Source: Eubacteriales bacterium (GTDB taxonomy: Bacteria; Bacillota; Clostridia; Oscillospirales; CAG-272). Taken from it: a stretch of DNA of 64,000 bases. Each line of letters begins with the position of its first letter. Position 1 is the first letter of the stretch. The stretch is taken from positions 24,507 to 88,506 of the forward strand of contig JBGVLZ010000090.1 of assembly GCA_045124505.1 (NCBI GenBank). Reading direction: 5' to 3'. The translations under genes were made by a program, and so were the position numbers. The notes below the pieces were generated by a model. That model was not told the DNA's origin and did not search any database. It was given only the letters and a program-made list of their open reading frames with translations. Of the stretch, positions 37,737-46,070 are shown one piece after another.

Positions 37737-38476
37737 TGAAAAAGGGAACTGTATTAATTATTGCAGGACTTTTGATAATTCTTTCGGCGGTATGCCTTAC
37801 CGGGTATAATCTCTACACGGCTGATGCGGCTTACAAGGATGCATCTGACGTGCTTGATCAGCTGCAGGATCTTATTCCTGATGTGCAGACAGTGCCATCT
37901 GAGGATAAAAACGACGGCACAGACACATCAAATACGCATGAGGGTGAAACTGATTCGGATGGAGTGACTGTCGAGGACGGAAGCTCCGATGTGCAGATAA
38001 AACCGATAGCACCGCAAACACCGTCATACGTTCTTAATCCCGATATCGAAATGCCTGTAAAGACATTAAACGATCAGGAATACATAGGTGTTCTTGAGAT
38101 CCCGGATATTTCTTTAAGGCTTCCCGTTATATCAAAAATGTCATATCCGAAGCTGAAAAAAGCACCGTGCCGTTACAGCGGTTCGGTTTATAAGGATAAT
38201 TTGGTAATAGGTGCACACTGCTATGAGCATTTTTTTGCAAAGCTTAAAACGCTTACAATGGGGGCTCAGGTCAAGTTTATTGATGTTGACGGAAACCTTT
38301 TTGTGTATGAGGTTATAGCAAAGGAAACTATCAGTAAAAAAAGTCCGTATGATTTAAAAACGGGAGATTGGGAGCTTACGCTTTTCACCTGCCCGATCTT
38401 GGCAAATACCGACACACGTATTGCCATGCGCTGTGAACGTACATATCCCGACAAATCCGTTTTTAATAATAAATGA
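37736..38476 (+). CDS. second sortase (class uncertain)
   Basis: N-terminal TM segment, VIGAHCY (His) and LTLFTCP (Cys) motifs. The start overlaps the pilin stop (TAATG). Confidence 0.8.
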   Translation: MKKGTVLIIAGLLIILSAVCLTGYNLYTADAAYKDASDVLDQLQDLIPDVQTVPSEDKNDGTDTSNTHEGETDSDGVTVEDGSSDVQIKPIAPQTPSYVLNPDIEMPVKTLNDQEYIGVLEIPDISLRLPVISKMSYPKLKKAPCRYSGSVYKDNLVIGAHCYEHFFAKLKTLTMGAQVKFIDVDGNLFVYEVIAKETISKKSPYDLKTGDWELTLFTCPILANTDTRIAMRCERTYPDKSVFNNK

Positions 38477-38489
38477 AAATGAGTATAGT

Positions 38490-38525
38490 AAAAGCAGACT
38501 TACAACAAGCCTGCTTTTTCTTGTT
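38490..38525 (+). terminator. terminator after pilus island
   Basis: AAAAGCAG...CTGCTTTT hairpin plus a T-run. Confidence 0.55.
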
Positions 38526-38607
38526 TTAAAATATATGTGTATCCTTGACAAAACGGTGTATTGTGTGCAATAATATATATGCAGTCGATTAAAAGGAAGC
38601 GTGATGG

Positions 38608-39660
38608 ATGAAAAAGGGAAAATTTAATATTTTGCTTGTTCTGACGGGTGGGACGATATGCTCATTTGCCGATTCGAAAGGTGAGAGAGCATCAAAAACC
38701 AAAGAAGCGCAAGCGCTGATAGTGGAAAATTTCAGAAACAGTAATTCTGTTTATAAAAGCGAGGATCGCGCGACATTTACACCGAGCTTTTTGCTTGATA
38801 TTTTGAGCGAAAATATGACACTTACGCATTGGAACACTTTGATTAGTGGGCTCAAAAAACAAGATTTTTCTTTATATGACGGTGTGATAATACTTCACGG
38901 AACTGATACGCTTGCGTATACAGCATCGCTTTTGTCGCTTTTGCTTGCAGGAATAAAAATACCTGTGTTTCTTGTTTCGAGTCAGTTGCCTATATACGAG
39001 AAAGAAGCGAATGGAAACGATAATTTTAAAACCGCTGTTGAACTTATAATAAACGGAATAAAACCGAATGTTTATGCTGTATATAAAAACAGCGACGGCA
39101 AAATGTATGTACACTACGGCTGCCATTTACTGCAGTGTGCCAATCATTCAAATGATTTTTACAGCTGTGATATGACTGAAATTGATGAAAATACGGCTGT
39201 ATTTGAAGGTGAAAAAACAAAAGCCGAAACGATGCTCCTTGAAAAAATCGATTCACTTTCATCACGTGTTATAAAAATTGAGCCGTATGTGGGAATTGAT
39301 TACAGCACATTCAACCTTGACGGTGTAAAAGCAGTTTTGCATGGCACATATCATTCAAGCACCCTTTCCGTCAATCCGTATAAAGAGGAACGTGAGTCAC
39401 CGGATTCTGTTATGTATCTCAAAAAACTGTGCGATGATGTAACACCTGAAATACCGATATTTATACACCCTTGCGATGAAAATGCTTATTCATACGAAAC
39501 AACAGGCATCGCCTTGCGTTCAGGCATCATACCGATAGATGGTATGACTGCAGAAACAGCATACACAAAGCTCCTCATTGGCACATCTTTTGGATATCAA
39601 GGCTGCGAGCTTATAAACTTTATAAATACAGATATAAACAGGGAAATTGTTTATAATTAG
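38608..39660 (+). CDS. asparaginase/glutaminase-family amidohydrolase (type I-like)
   Basis: LTGGTICS (TGGT nucleophile box) and ILHGTDTLAYTAS (HGTDT box). Confidence 0.85.
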   Translation: MKKGKFNILLVLTGGTICSFADSKGERASKTKEAQALIVENFRNSNSVYKSEDRATFTPSFLLDILSENMTLTHWNTLISGLKKQDFSLYDGVIILHGTDTLAYTASLLSLLLAGIKIPVFLVSSQLPIYEKEANGNDNFKTAVELIINGIKPNVYAVYKNSDGKMYVHYGCHLLQCANHSNDFYSCDMTEIDENTAVFEGEKTKAETMLLEKIDSLSSRVIKIEPYVGIDYSTFNLDGVKAVLHGTYHSSTLSVNPYKEERESPDSVMYLKKLCDDVTPEIPIFIHPCDENAYSYETTGIALRSGIIPIDGMTAETAYTKLLIGTSFGYQGCELINFINTDINREIVYN

Positions 39661-39693
39661 TAATATGTTGTAATCTGTAAAAGGAATAAAGAT

Positions 39694-39912
39694 ATGTACA
39701 GGAGAATAAGGGATTTAAGAGAGGATGCGGGGCTTAATCAAACAAAGGTAGCTCAACATTTGGGTATGTCGCAAACGGGATATTCAAAATATGAAACGGG
39801 CGAAAATGATGTGCCGACGGCAATTTTGATAAAGCTTGCAAGATTTTATGATACAAGCATAGATTATCTTCTCGGTGAAACAGATGAGAGGAAAAGATAT
39901 CCCAAAAAGTAA
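39694..39912 (+). CDS. small XRE-family HTH protein
   Basis: 72-aa HTH_3 (LREDAGLNQTKVAQHLGMSQTGYSKYETG). Confidence 0.8.
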   Translation: MYRRIRDLREDAGLNQTKVAQHLGMSQTGYSKYETGENDVPTAILIKLARFYDTSIDYLLGETDERKRYPKK

Positions 39913-39944
39913 GGCAGATATAATGATTTTTTTCTTACTTTCTA

Positions 39945-39973
39945 TTGACTTTTTTACTGTGTTGTGATATACT
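39945..39973 (+). promoter_or_regulatory. sigmaA-like promoter of aspS-gatCAB leader
   Basis: TTGACT - 17 nt - TATACT. Confidence 0.6.
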
Positions 39974-39979
39974 TCACCA

Positions 39980-40235
39980 TAGATTAATAGGTTATGATGA
40001 AGGCAGTACGGTAGGATCAATGTTTACAGAGAGCCGCATAATGGTGCAAGTGCGGTAACAAATTTTACCTGAAGAACACTTCGGAGCCTGCGGAAGAACG
40101 CCTTTTGGTTATTAGAACCGCACGTTGATCGCGAAAAGATTTAATGAAGAGGGCCGTTTTACGGTCAATTTGGGTGGTATCGCGGAAGAGGAGCCTTTCG
40201 TCCCATATTATGGGGCGGAAGGCATTTTGTTTTTC
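39980..40235 (+). promoter_or_regulatory. T-box riboswitch, probable specifier AAC (Asn)
   Basis: AGAGAG (40028-40033)...GGTGCAAG. The specifier context is CTGAAG-AAC-A-CTTCGG (AAC at 40075-40077). The T-box sequence is AATTTGGGTGGTATCGCGG (~40168-40186). The terminator GCCTTTCGTCCC/GGGGCGGAAGGC is followed by a T-run. Confidence 0.85.
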
Positions 40236-40291
40236 TTCCGTATAAAATGATTAAAAAAGAAAATATTTTACTAAAAGGAGTACAATATATT

Positions 40292-42067
40292 ATGCTTAGA
40301 ACACACACTTGTAATGAACTCGGTATAAATAATATCGGGGAAAAAGTAACCCTTACAGGCTGGATGGATACTGTGCGTGACCACGGAGGCGTGCTCTTTG
40401 TTGACCTTCGTGACCATTACGGAGTAACACAGATCGTTCTTTCCGATGATTCGCTTATCGCAGGCATCGCAAAGGAAACAGTTATTCTTGTTGAGGGTGT
40501 TGTTTCCAAGAGAGATGAAGAAACAGTAAACCCCAAGATCGCAACAGGTCTTATCGAAGTGAAGGCTGAAAAGGTTGAGGTGCTTGGTCCCTGCCAGCTC
40601 GGACTTCCTTTCGAAATCGATACATCAACACAGACAAGAGAAGAGGTAAGACTTAAGTACAGATATCTTGACCTTCGTAACCGCAAGATACACGATAACA
40701 TCGTGCTTCGTTCAAAGATACTCAGCTATCTCCGTTCCCAGATGGAAGATCTCGGATTTTTGGAAATACAGACACCTATTCTTACAGCTTCATCCCCTGA
40801 AGGCGCAAGAGACTATCTTGTTCCCAGCCGTAAGCACAAGGGCAAGTTCTACGCTCTGCCTCAGGCTCCTCAGCAGTTCAAGCAGCTTCTTATGGCATCG
40901 GGCTTTGACCGTTACTTCCAGATAGCACCTTGCTTCCGTGATGAGGATGCACGTCAGGACAGATCACCCGGTGAATTCTACCAGCTCGACTTTGAAATGT
41001 CCTTTGCAACACAGGAGGACGTATTTGCAGTTGCTGAAACTGTTGTATATAACACATTTACAAAGTTCTCTGACAAGAAGGTATCAAAGCCTCCGTTTAG
41101 AAGGATCACATTTGCTGATGCAATGCTGAAGTACGGTACGGATAAGCCCGACCTTCGCAACCCCCTGGAAATAAAGGATCTTACAGACTTCTTTGCAAGA
41201 CATGAATTCCTTGATATCAACGGCAGAACAGTTCCGTTCAAGAATAAGCTTGTACGCGGTATCGTTGCAAACTACCTTGTGAAGAAGGACGGTGAGGGCG
41301 ACGGTAAAAAGGCGTTTGAAAAGGCTATCGACACATATTCAAGAAGCATCGGAATGAAGTTCGGATGCGGATATATAACACTTGAAGGCGATGATTTCAA
41401 AGGTCCTATTGCAAAATTCCTTACAGACGAACAGAAAAAAGAGCTTTGCGAGATATGCGGCGTAAAAGAAGGCGACTCCATCTTCTTCATCAGCGACAGC
41501 GCTTCTGTTATCGACCGTCTTTCCGGCGAAATGAGAACATGGATCGGTAACGAGCTTGGACTTATCAAGGACGATTCCTTTGAATTCTGCTTCATTGTTG
41601 ACTTCCCGATGTATGAACTCAACGCTGAAACAGGCAGAATTGACTTCACACACAACCCCTTCTCAATGCCCCAGGGCGGTATGGATGCACTTCTTAATAA
41701 AGATCCGCTTGAAATATTTGCTTATCAGTACGATATCGTATGTAACGGTGTTGAGCTTTCTTCAGGTGCTGTACGTAACCACAACCCCGAAATAATGAGA
41801 AAAGCGTTTGAAATTGCAGGTTACGGTGAGGAAGACCTCAAGGCTAAGTTCGGCGCGCTTTACACGGCGTTTGCATACGGTGCTCCCCCTCATGCAGGTA
41901 TGGCGCCCGGCGTTGACAGAATGATAATGCTTATTGCAGGCGAAGAAACAATAAGAGATGTTATCGCATTCCCGCTTAACGGAAATGCACAGGATCTCAT
42001 GATGGGCGCACCGGGCGAGGTTACGGAGCAGCAGCTTCGTGAGGTTCACATAAAAGTTAGAGATTGA
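40292..42067 (+). CDS. aspS: aspartate--tRNA ligase (probably non-discriminating)
   Basis: Class IIb motifs (FYQLDFEMSF, GVELSSGAVRNH, GAPPHAGMAPGVDR). Start is at MLRTHTCNELG. It lies in an operon with gatCAB. Confidence 0.93.
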   Translation: MLRTHTCNELGINNIGEKVTLTGWMDTVRDHGGVLFVDLRDHYGVTQIVLSDDSLIAGIAKETVILVEGVVSKRDEETVNPKIATGLIEVKAEKVEVLGPCQLGLPFEIDTSTQTREEVRLKYRYLDLRNRKIHDNIVLRSKILSYLRSQMEDLGFLEIQTPILTASSPEGARDYLVPSRKHKGKFYALPQAPQQFKQLLMASGFDRYFQIAPCFRDEDARQDRSPGEFYQLDFEMSFATQEDVFAVAETVVYNTFTKFSDKKVSKPPFRRITFADAMLKYGTDKPDLRNPLEIKDLTDFFARHEFLDINGRTVPFKNKLVRGIVANYLVKKDGEGDGKKAFEKAIDTYSRSIGMKFGCGYITLEGDDFKGPIAKFLTDEQKKELCEICGVKEGDSIFFISDSASVIDRLSGEMRTWIGNELGLIKDDSFEFCFIVDFPMYELNAETGRIDFTHNPFSMPQGGMDALLNKDPLEIFAYQYDIVCNGVELSSGAVRNHNPEIMRKAFEIAGYGEEDLKAKFGALYTAFAYGAPPHAGMAPGVDRMIMLIAGEETIRDVIAFPLNGNAQDLMMGAPGEVTEQQLREVHIKVRD

Positions 42068-42084
42068 TTTTAAGGAGTGGAAAT

Positions 42085-42366
42085 ATGGATAGAAACACAC
42101 TCAGAAGACTTGAGCTTCTCAATCAGCTCAGTTTGACAGAAACGCAGAAAGATGAAGTTATATCGTTTTTTCAGGACAGAGAAAAAGACGCTGAAGTTCT
42201 TGAAAATATAGACACCGCCAACGTGGAACGTATGGTACACGTAATGCCTATTATGACGGTAGTGCGTGAGGATATCCCCTCACAGCCGTTTTCACGTGAC
42301 GACCTTCAAAAGGGTGCACCCGAAACCGACGAGGGATATTGGTGCGTTCCCCGTGTTGTAGAATAA
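42085..42366 (+). CDS. gatC: Asp/Glu-tRNA amidotransferase subunit C
   Basis: 93-aa protein between aspS and gatA. AAGGAG RBS. The typical GatC tail is present (...APETDEGYWCVPRVVE). Confidence 0.85.
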   Translation: MDRNTLRRLELLNQLSLTETQKDEVISFFQDREKDAEVLENIDTANVERMVHVMPIMTVVREDIPSQPFSRDDLQKGAPETDEGYWCVPRVVE

Positions 42367-42379
42367 GGAGGGTATTCAG

Positions 42380-43546
42380 ATGATATATACAGCGAAAAAA
42401 GATGTTAATTCCGCTTGCAAAATAGTGGCGGAGGATATGCTCCTTACAACTGATATGCCTACAGCAGCAGGCTCAAAGATGCTTGACGGTTATATGAGCC
42501 TTCTTGAAGCAGAAGTGCTGACAAGACTTAAAAATAAAGGTTATGGTGTATGCGGAAAAGCTGACGTAGGTGAATTTGCCATTGACCTTTTAGGTGAGAC
42601 TTCATATAACGGTGCAAATACAGCGGACGGAAAAATTGTAAATTCATCTGCTGAAATACTGAAGAAAAATGAAGCCGATGCGGTCATCGCACTTGATGTT
42701 AACGGTGCAGTACGCCGTGCCGCAGCGCAGAACGGTCTTGTAAGTGTCAAGCCCACATACGGAACTGTTTCACGTTACGGAACAATTCCCGTTGCTTGCT
42801 CAGGCGAAACAGTGAGCGTTATGGCAAAGAATGCCGATATGTGCCGCAAAATTCTTGATGATATTGCAGGACACGATAACAAGGACGGCACAAGCCTTCC
42901 CGAATGTGAAATAGCTAAAAAGGCTGATGTGAAGTCTATAAAACGCATAGCAATTATAAATGATATGATGGCTGATGTTTCCGATGACATCAAAGCAAAC
43001 ATTGATGATGCTTGTGCAAAGCTCGGAGTTGAAACGGTGAAGATCGACAGTTCTGTAATTGCCGCATCACGTGCTGCCTGGAACATTCTTATGAGTGCGG
43101 AGCTTTGCAACAATGTTTCAAGATATGACGGTGTAAAGTACGGACACAGAGCCGAGAAGTTCTTAGGAATTGATGAGCTTTATACAAACAGCCGTACAGA
43201 GGCTTTCGGCGAACTGCTTAAAACTGCAATAATTTTCGGTTCGGAAACACTTTCGACAGAAAATTATATGAAGGTATATGATAAAGCACTTCGTACACGC
43301 CGTGTAATTGCAGAGGAATTTGCAAAGATATTTGCAGAATTTGACGCTGTGATGATCCCCGCTTGTTCAAAGGCTTTCTATACGGAAGATGATGTAAAGG
43401 CGGATAAATACATTTCTTACAAAGAAAACTTCTATACAGCACCCGCATCGATCACGGGACTTCCTGCGGTCGTCGCACACGGTGTACAGCTTATAGGCAA
43501 GGCTTTTTCCGAAAATGCATTGCTTGAGCTTGTATCAAAGCTTTAA
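42380..43546 (+). CDS. gatA: GatA-like amidase-signature protein, N-terminally short and lacking the Lys/Ser(nucleophile) catalytic residues
   Basis: Collinear with GatA (TAAGSKML, VKPTYGTVSRYG, SRYDGVKYG, FGSETLS, ASITGLPAV). It is only 388 aa. IKDN is AEDM, GGSSGGS is VNSSAEI and DTGGSIRQPAA is DVNGAVRRAAA. Confidence 0.8.
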   Translation: MIYTAKKDVNSACKIVAEDMLLTTDMPTAAGSKMLDGYMSLLEAEVLTRLKNKGYGVCGKADVGEFAIDLLGETSYNGANTADGKIVNSSAEILKKNEADAVIALDVNGAVRRAAAQNGLVSVKPTYGTVSRYGTIPVACSGETVSVMAKNADMCRKILDDIAGHDNKDGTSLPECEIAKKADVKSIKRIAIINDMMADVSDDIKANIDDACAKLGVETVKIDSSVIAASRAAWNILMSAELCNNVSRYDGVKYGHRAEKFLGIDELYTNSRTEAFGELLKTAIIFGSETLSTENYMKVYDKALRTRRVIAEEFAKIFAEFDAVMIPACSKAFYTEDDVKADKYISYKENFYTAPASITGLPAVVAHGVQLIGKAFSENALLELVSKL

Positions 43547-43563
43547 AGGGAGGTATAACGGCT

Positions 43564-45006
43564 ATGAAATACGAAACAGTCATAGGACTTGAAGTACATG
43601 TTGAGCTTGCAACACAGTCCAAAATTTTCTGCTCATGTTCGGCACATTCATACGGTGCAGAGCCTAATGAGCATGTATGCCCCGCTTGCTGCGGTATGCC
43701 GGGTATGCTTCCCGTTGTAAACAAAAGAGTTGTTGATTACGGTATGAAGGCAGGGCTTATGCTCGGATGCGATATTAACCGTGTAACGACATTTGACAAA
43801 AAAAGCTATTACTATCCCGACCTTCCCGCCGCTTATCAGACAACGCAGTGGTTTGCGCCGGTTGCCATAAACGGTCTTGTTGAAATTGAAACTTCAAAGG
43901 GCAAAAAGGGAATACGCATAAAGCAGATCCATATGGAGGAAGATGCAGGTAAGCTTGTACACGATATAAGAGAAGACACAACACATGTTGACTTCAACCG
44001 TACAAGTGTTCCGCTTATTGAAATAGTAAGCCAGCCTGACCTTTCCTGTGCGGAAGAGGTTGAAGCTTATCTTGAAAGACTGAAAAATCTGCTCCGTTAT
44101 GCAAGAGTTGCAGAGTGCGAAATGGCACACGGAACGATGAGATGTGACGTTAACCTTTCCGTCCGTCCGGAAGGAAGCGATAAGCTCGGTGTGCGTACCG
44201 AAATGAAAAATATGAACTCAATTGAAGCTATCAAGAGAGCTATTGAGTATGAAACGGCAAGACACATAGATGCGCTTGAAAACAACACAGAGGTGCTTGT
44301 TCAGGAAACAAGACGCTGGGATGATATCAAGGGCAAGAGCTTTGCTATGAGAACAAAGGAAACAGCAGGCGACTACCGTTATTTCCCCGACCCCAACGTA
44401 ATGCCCGTTGTTATCGATGATGCGTGGTTTGATGAAATCAAGTCATCGCTTCCCGAATTCCCTGAAGTAAAGCGTGCACGCTATACAGAAGAATACGGAC
44501 TCGGCGAATACGATACAGAACAGATCACAAAGAGTATTGCGCTTTGTGAATGCTTTGAAGAAGCCGCAAAGGTGTGCGGCGACGCCAAGAATGCCGCAAA
44601 CTGGATAATTTCCGAGGTTATGAGCATTCTCAACCTTCGCCAGATGACGTATGATATGCTTACTGTAAGCGGAAAGTCACTCGGTGAGCTTATTGTGCTT
44701 GTAGCGGGCGGAAAAGTCGGACGTGCAAATGCAAAGAAGATACTTGCCGCTATGTTTGACGATGCAAGCATCAACCCTGAAGAGTATGCAAACGCAAACG
44801 GATTTATCATATCAAATGATACAGGACTTATCGATAAGGTCGTAAAGACGGTTGTTGAGTCTGATCCCAAGTCCGTTGCAGACTATAAGTGCGGTAAGGA
44901 AAAAGCACTTATGGCACTGTTCGGCAGATGCATGAAAGAGCTTAAAGGAAACTGTGATCCGCAGGTCCTCAGAAAAATACTGATCGACTATATCGATAAA
45001 ATATAA
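43564..45006 (+). CDS. gatB: Asp/Glu-tRNA amidotransferase subunit B
   Basis: YETVIGLEVHVEL, CPACCGMPG and HMEEDAGK motifs plus a C-terminal YqeY-like tail. 480 aa. Confidence 0.93.
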   Translation: MKYETVIGLEVHVELATQSKIFCSCSAHSYGAEPNEHVCPACCGMPGMLPVVNKRVVDYGMKAGLMLGCDINRVTTFDKKSYYYPDLPAAYQTTQWFAPVAINGLVEIETSKGKKGIRIKQIHMEEDAGKLVHDIREDTTHVDFNRTSVPLIEIVSQPDLSCAEEVEAYLERLKNLLRYARVAECEMAHGTMRCDVNLSVRPEGSDKLGVRTEMKNMNSIEAIKRAIEYETARHIDALENNTEVLVQETRRWDDIKGKSFAMRTKETAGDYRYFPDPNVMPVVIDDAWFDEIKSSLPEFPEVKRARYTEEYGLGEYDTEQITKSIALCECFEEAAKVCGDAKNAANWIISEVMSILNLRQMTYDMLTVSGKSLGELIVLVAGGKVGRANAKKILAAMFDDASINPEEYANANGFIISNDTGLIDKVVKTVVESDPKSVADYKCGKEKALMALFGRCMKELKGNCDPQVLRKILIDYIDKI

Positions 45007-45021
45007 ATTAGATGCAAAAGG

Positions 45022-45220
45022 GGTTGGCTCATTTAAGTAAAATATATATTACATTTGTAGGGGCGACCATTGGTCGTCCGCTTCAAAATGTATAAATATA
45101 CTAAAAGCGGGAGTGCGCAGTTCGCATACGAACTGCTTGCACCCCCCCTACAGAATAAATATTCAAAAAGTACACGGGGCGACTTATTTTGGAAGTTATT
45201 TCCATAAATGAGCCACCCCC
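45022..45220. repeat. two copies/partials of the GGGGCGACC..palindrome + TTAAATGAGCC-box repeat (same family as 19774-19900)
   Basis: 45022-45100 is the reverse-complement match of 19824-19900. A second partial (GGGGCGACTTATTTTGGAAGTTATTTCCATAAATGAGCCACCCCC) lies at ~45176-45220. An 8-bp hairpin GCAGTTCG/CGAACTGC sits between them. Confidence 0.65.
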
Positions 45221-45280
45221 TTTTATATTTGTGCAACACTGTATTACTCATATGATCAACGGTCTGTTTGCTTATCTTGT

Positions 45281-45405
45281 GGGGCGTCACAATTCACATT
45301 CGTGAATTTGACGGATGCGCATAGATAGTCTTCAGGGCTTACGTGTGCATTTGTGCGCACCGTCAGTTTCGCTTATGCGAAACGTGACGCCCCCGAAATA
45401 TCAAT
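45281..45405. repeat. nested palindromes (GGGGCGTCAC...GTGACGCCCC enclosing AATTCAC-n4-GTGAATT and GTTTCGC-n4-GCGAAAC hairpins)
   Basis: Direct reading. The AATTCACnnnnGTGAATT hairpin recurs at ~52762-52778. Confidence 0.5.
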
Positions 45406-45439
45406 CCCGCAAAAGCATACTGTATTTTCACAATTTCTA

Positions 45440-45468
45440 TTGACAAATAAGTGATATTATGATAAAAT
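45440..45468 (+). promoter_or_regulatory. sigmaA-like promoter of TetR-ABC operon
   Basis: TTGACA - 17 nt - TAAAAT. Confidence 0.55.
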
Positions 45469-45508
45469 AACATATGATATATAACATCAACTATATTACG
45501 AGGAAATT

Positions 45509-46066
45509 ATGCCGCCTAAAATTAAAATAACAAAAGAGAATATTATAAATACGGCAGTTGAGCTTGTGCGAAAAGAAGGTGCCACGGCGATAAATGCACG
45601 TTCCGTTGCGTCTTTTCTCGGCTGTTCAACACAACCTGTATTTTCTAATTTTAATACTATGGATGAGTTGCATCTGGCTGTCACAAATAAGGCGATGTCC
45701 ATATGCAGAGAATATATGGAAAAAGAAGTGCAAAAGGGCGAATATCCCGTTTACAAAGCATACGGAATGGCTTATATCGGATTTGCCAAAGAAGAAAGGG
45801 AGCTTTTTAAGCTTTTGTTTATGCATGACCGCAAGGGATCATATGACGACAGTACAGGCCTTTTTGATCGGATGACCGGACTTGCACAGGAAAATGCGGA
45901 TGTGGATGAAAGCAAAGCACAGCTTTTTCACCTTGAAATATGGGCGTGTGTTCACGGTATAGCTTCGATGTGCGCAACGGGATATCTTGAACTCGATAAA
46001 GAATTTGCCTCGAAAATAGTTACAGATGTTTACCAAGGACTTAAAAAACGTCATAAAATGGGGTAA
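45509..46066 (+). CDS. TetR/AcrR-family transcriptional regulator
   Basis: N-terminal HTH (IINTAVELVRKEGATAINARSVASFLGCSTQPVFSNF). Confidence 0.88.
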   Translation: MPPKIKITKENIINTAVELVRKEGATAINARSVASFLGCSTQPVFSNFNTMDELHLAVTNKAMSICREYMEKEVQKGEYPVYKAYGMAYIGFAKEERELFKLLFMHDRKGSYDDSTGLFDRMTGLAQENADVDESKAQLFHLEIWACVHGIASMCATGYLELDKEFASKIVTDVYQGLKKRHKMG

Positions 46067-46070
46067 TAAT

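Noticed and set aside
40071-40077. Reading the aspS leader specifier as GAA (Glu) or GAC-like rather than AAC.
   Set aside because: Counting GAA+codon gives GAA followed by C, which breaks the conserved purine rule. AAC is followed by A and then the lower-stem strand CTTCGG, and it fits the tRNA-dependent Asn pathway genes downstream. This still needs a covariance alignment.
45033-45290. An 85-aa ORF on the minus strand downstream of gatB.
   Set aside because: It is built entirely from the palindromic repeat elements (translation ...KRTTNGRPYKCNIY...), has no RBS, and the same repeat occurs non-coding at 19.8 kb.
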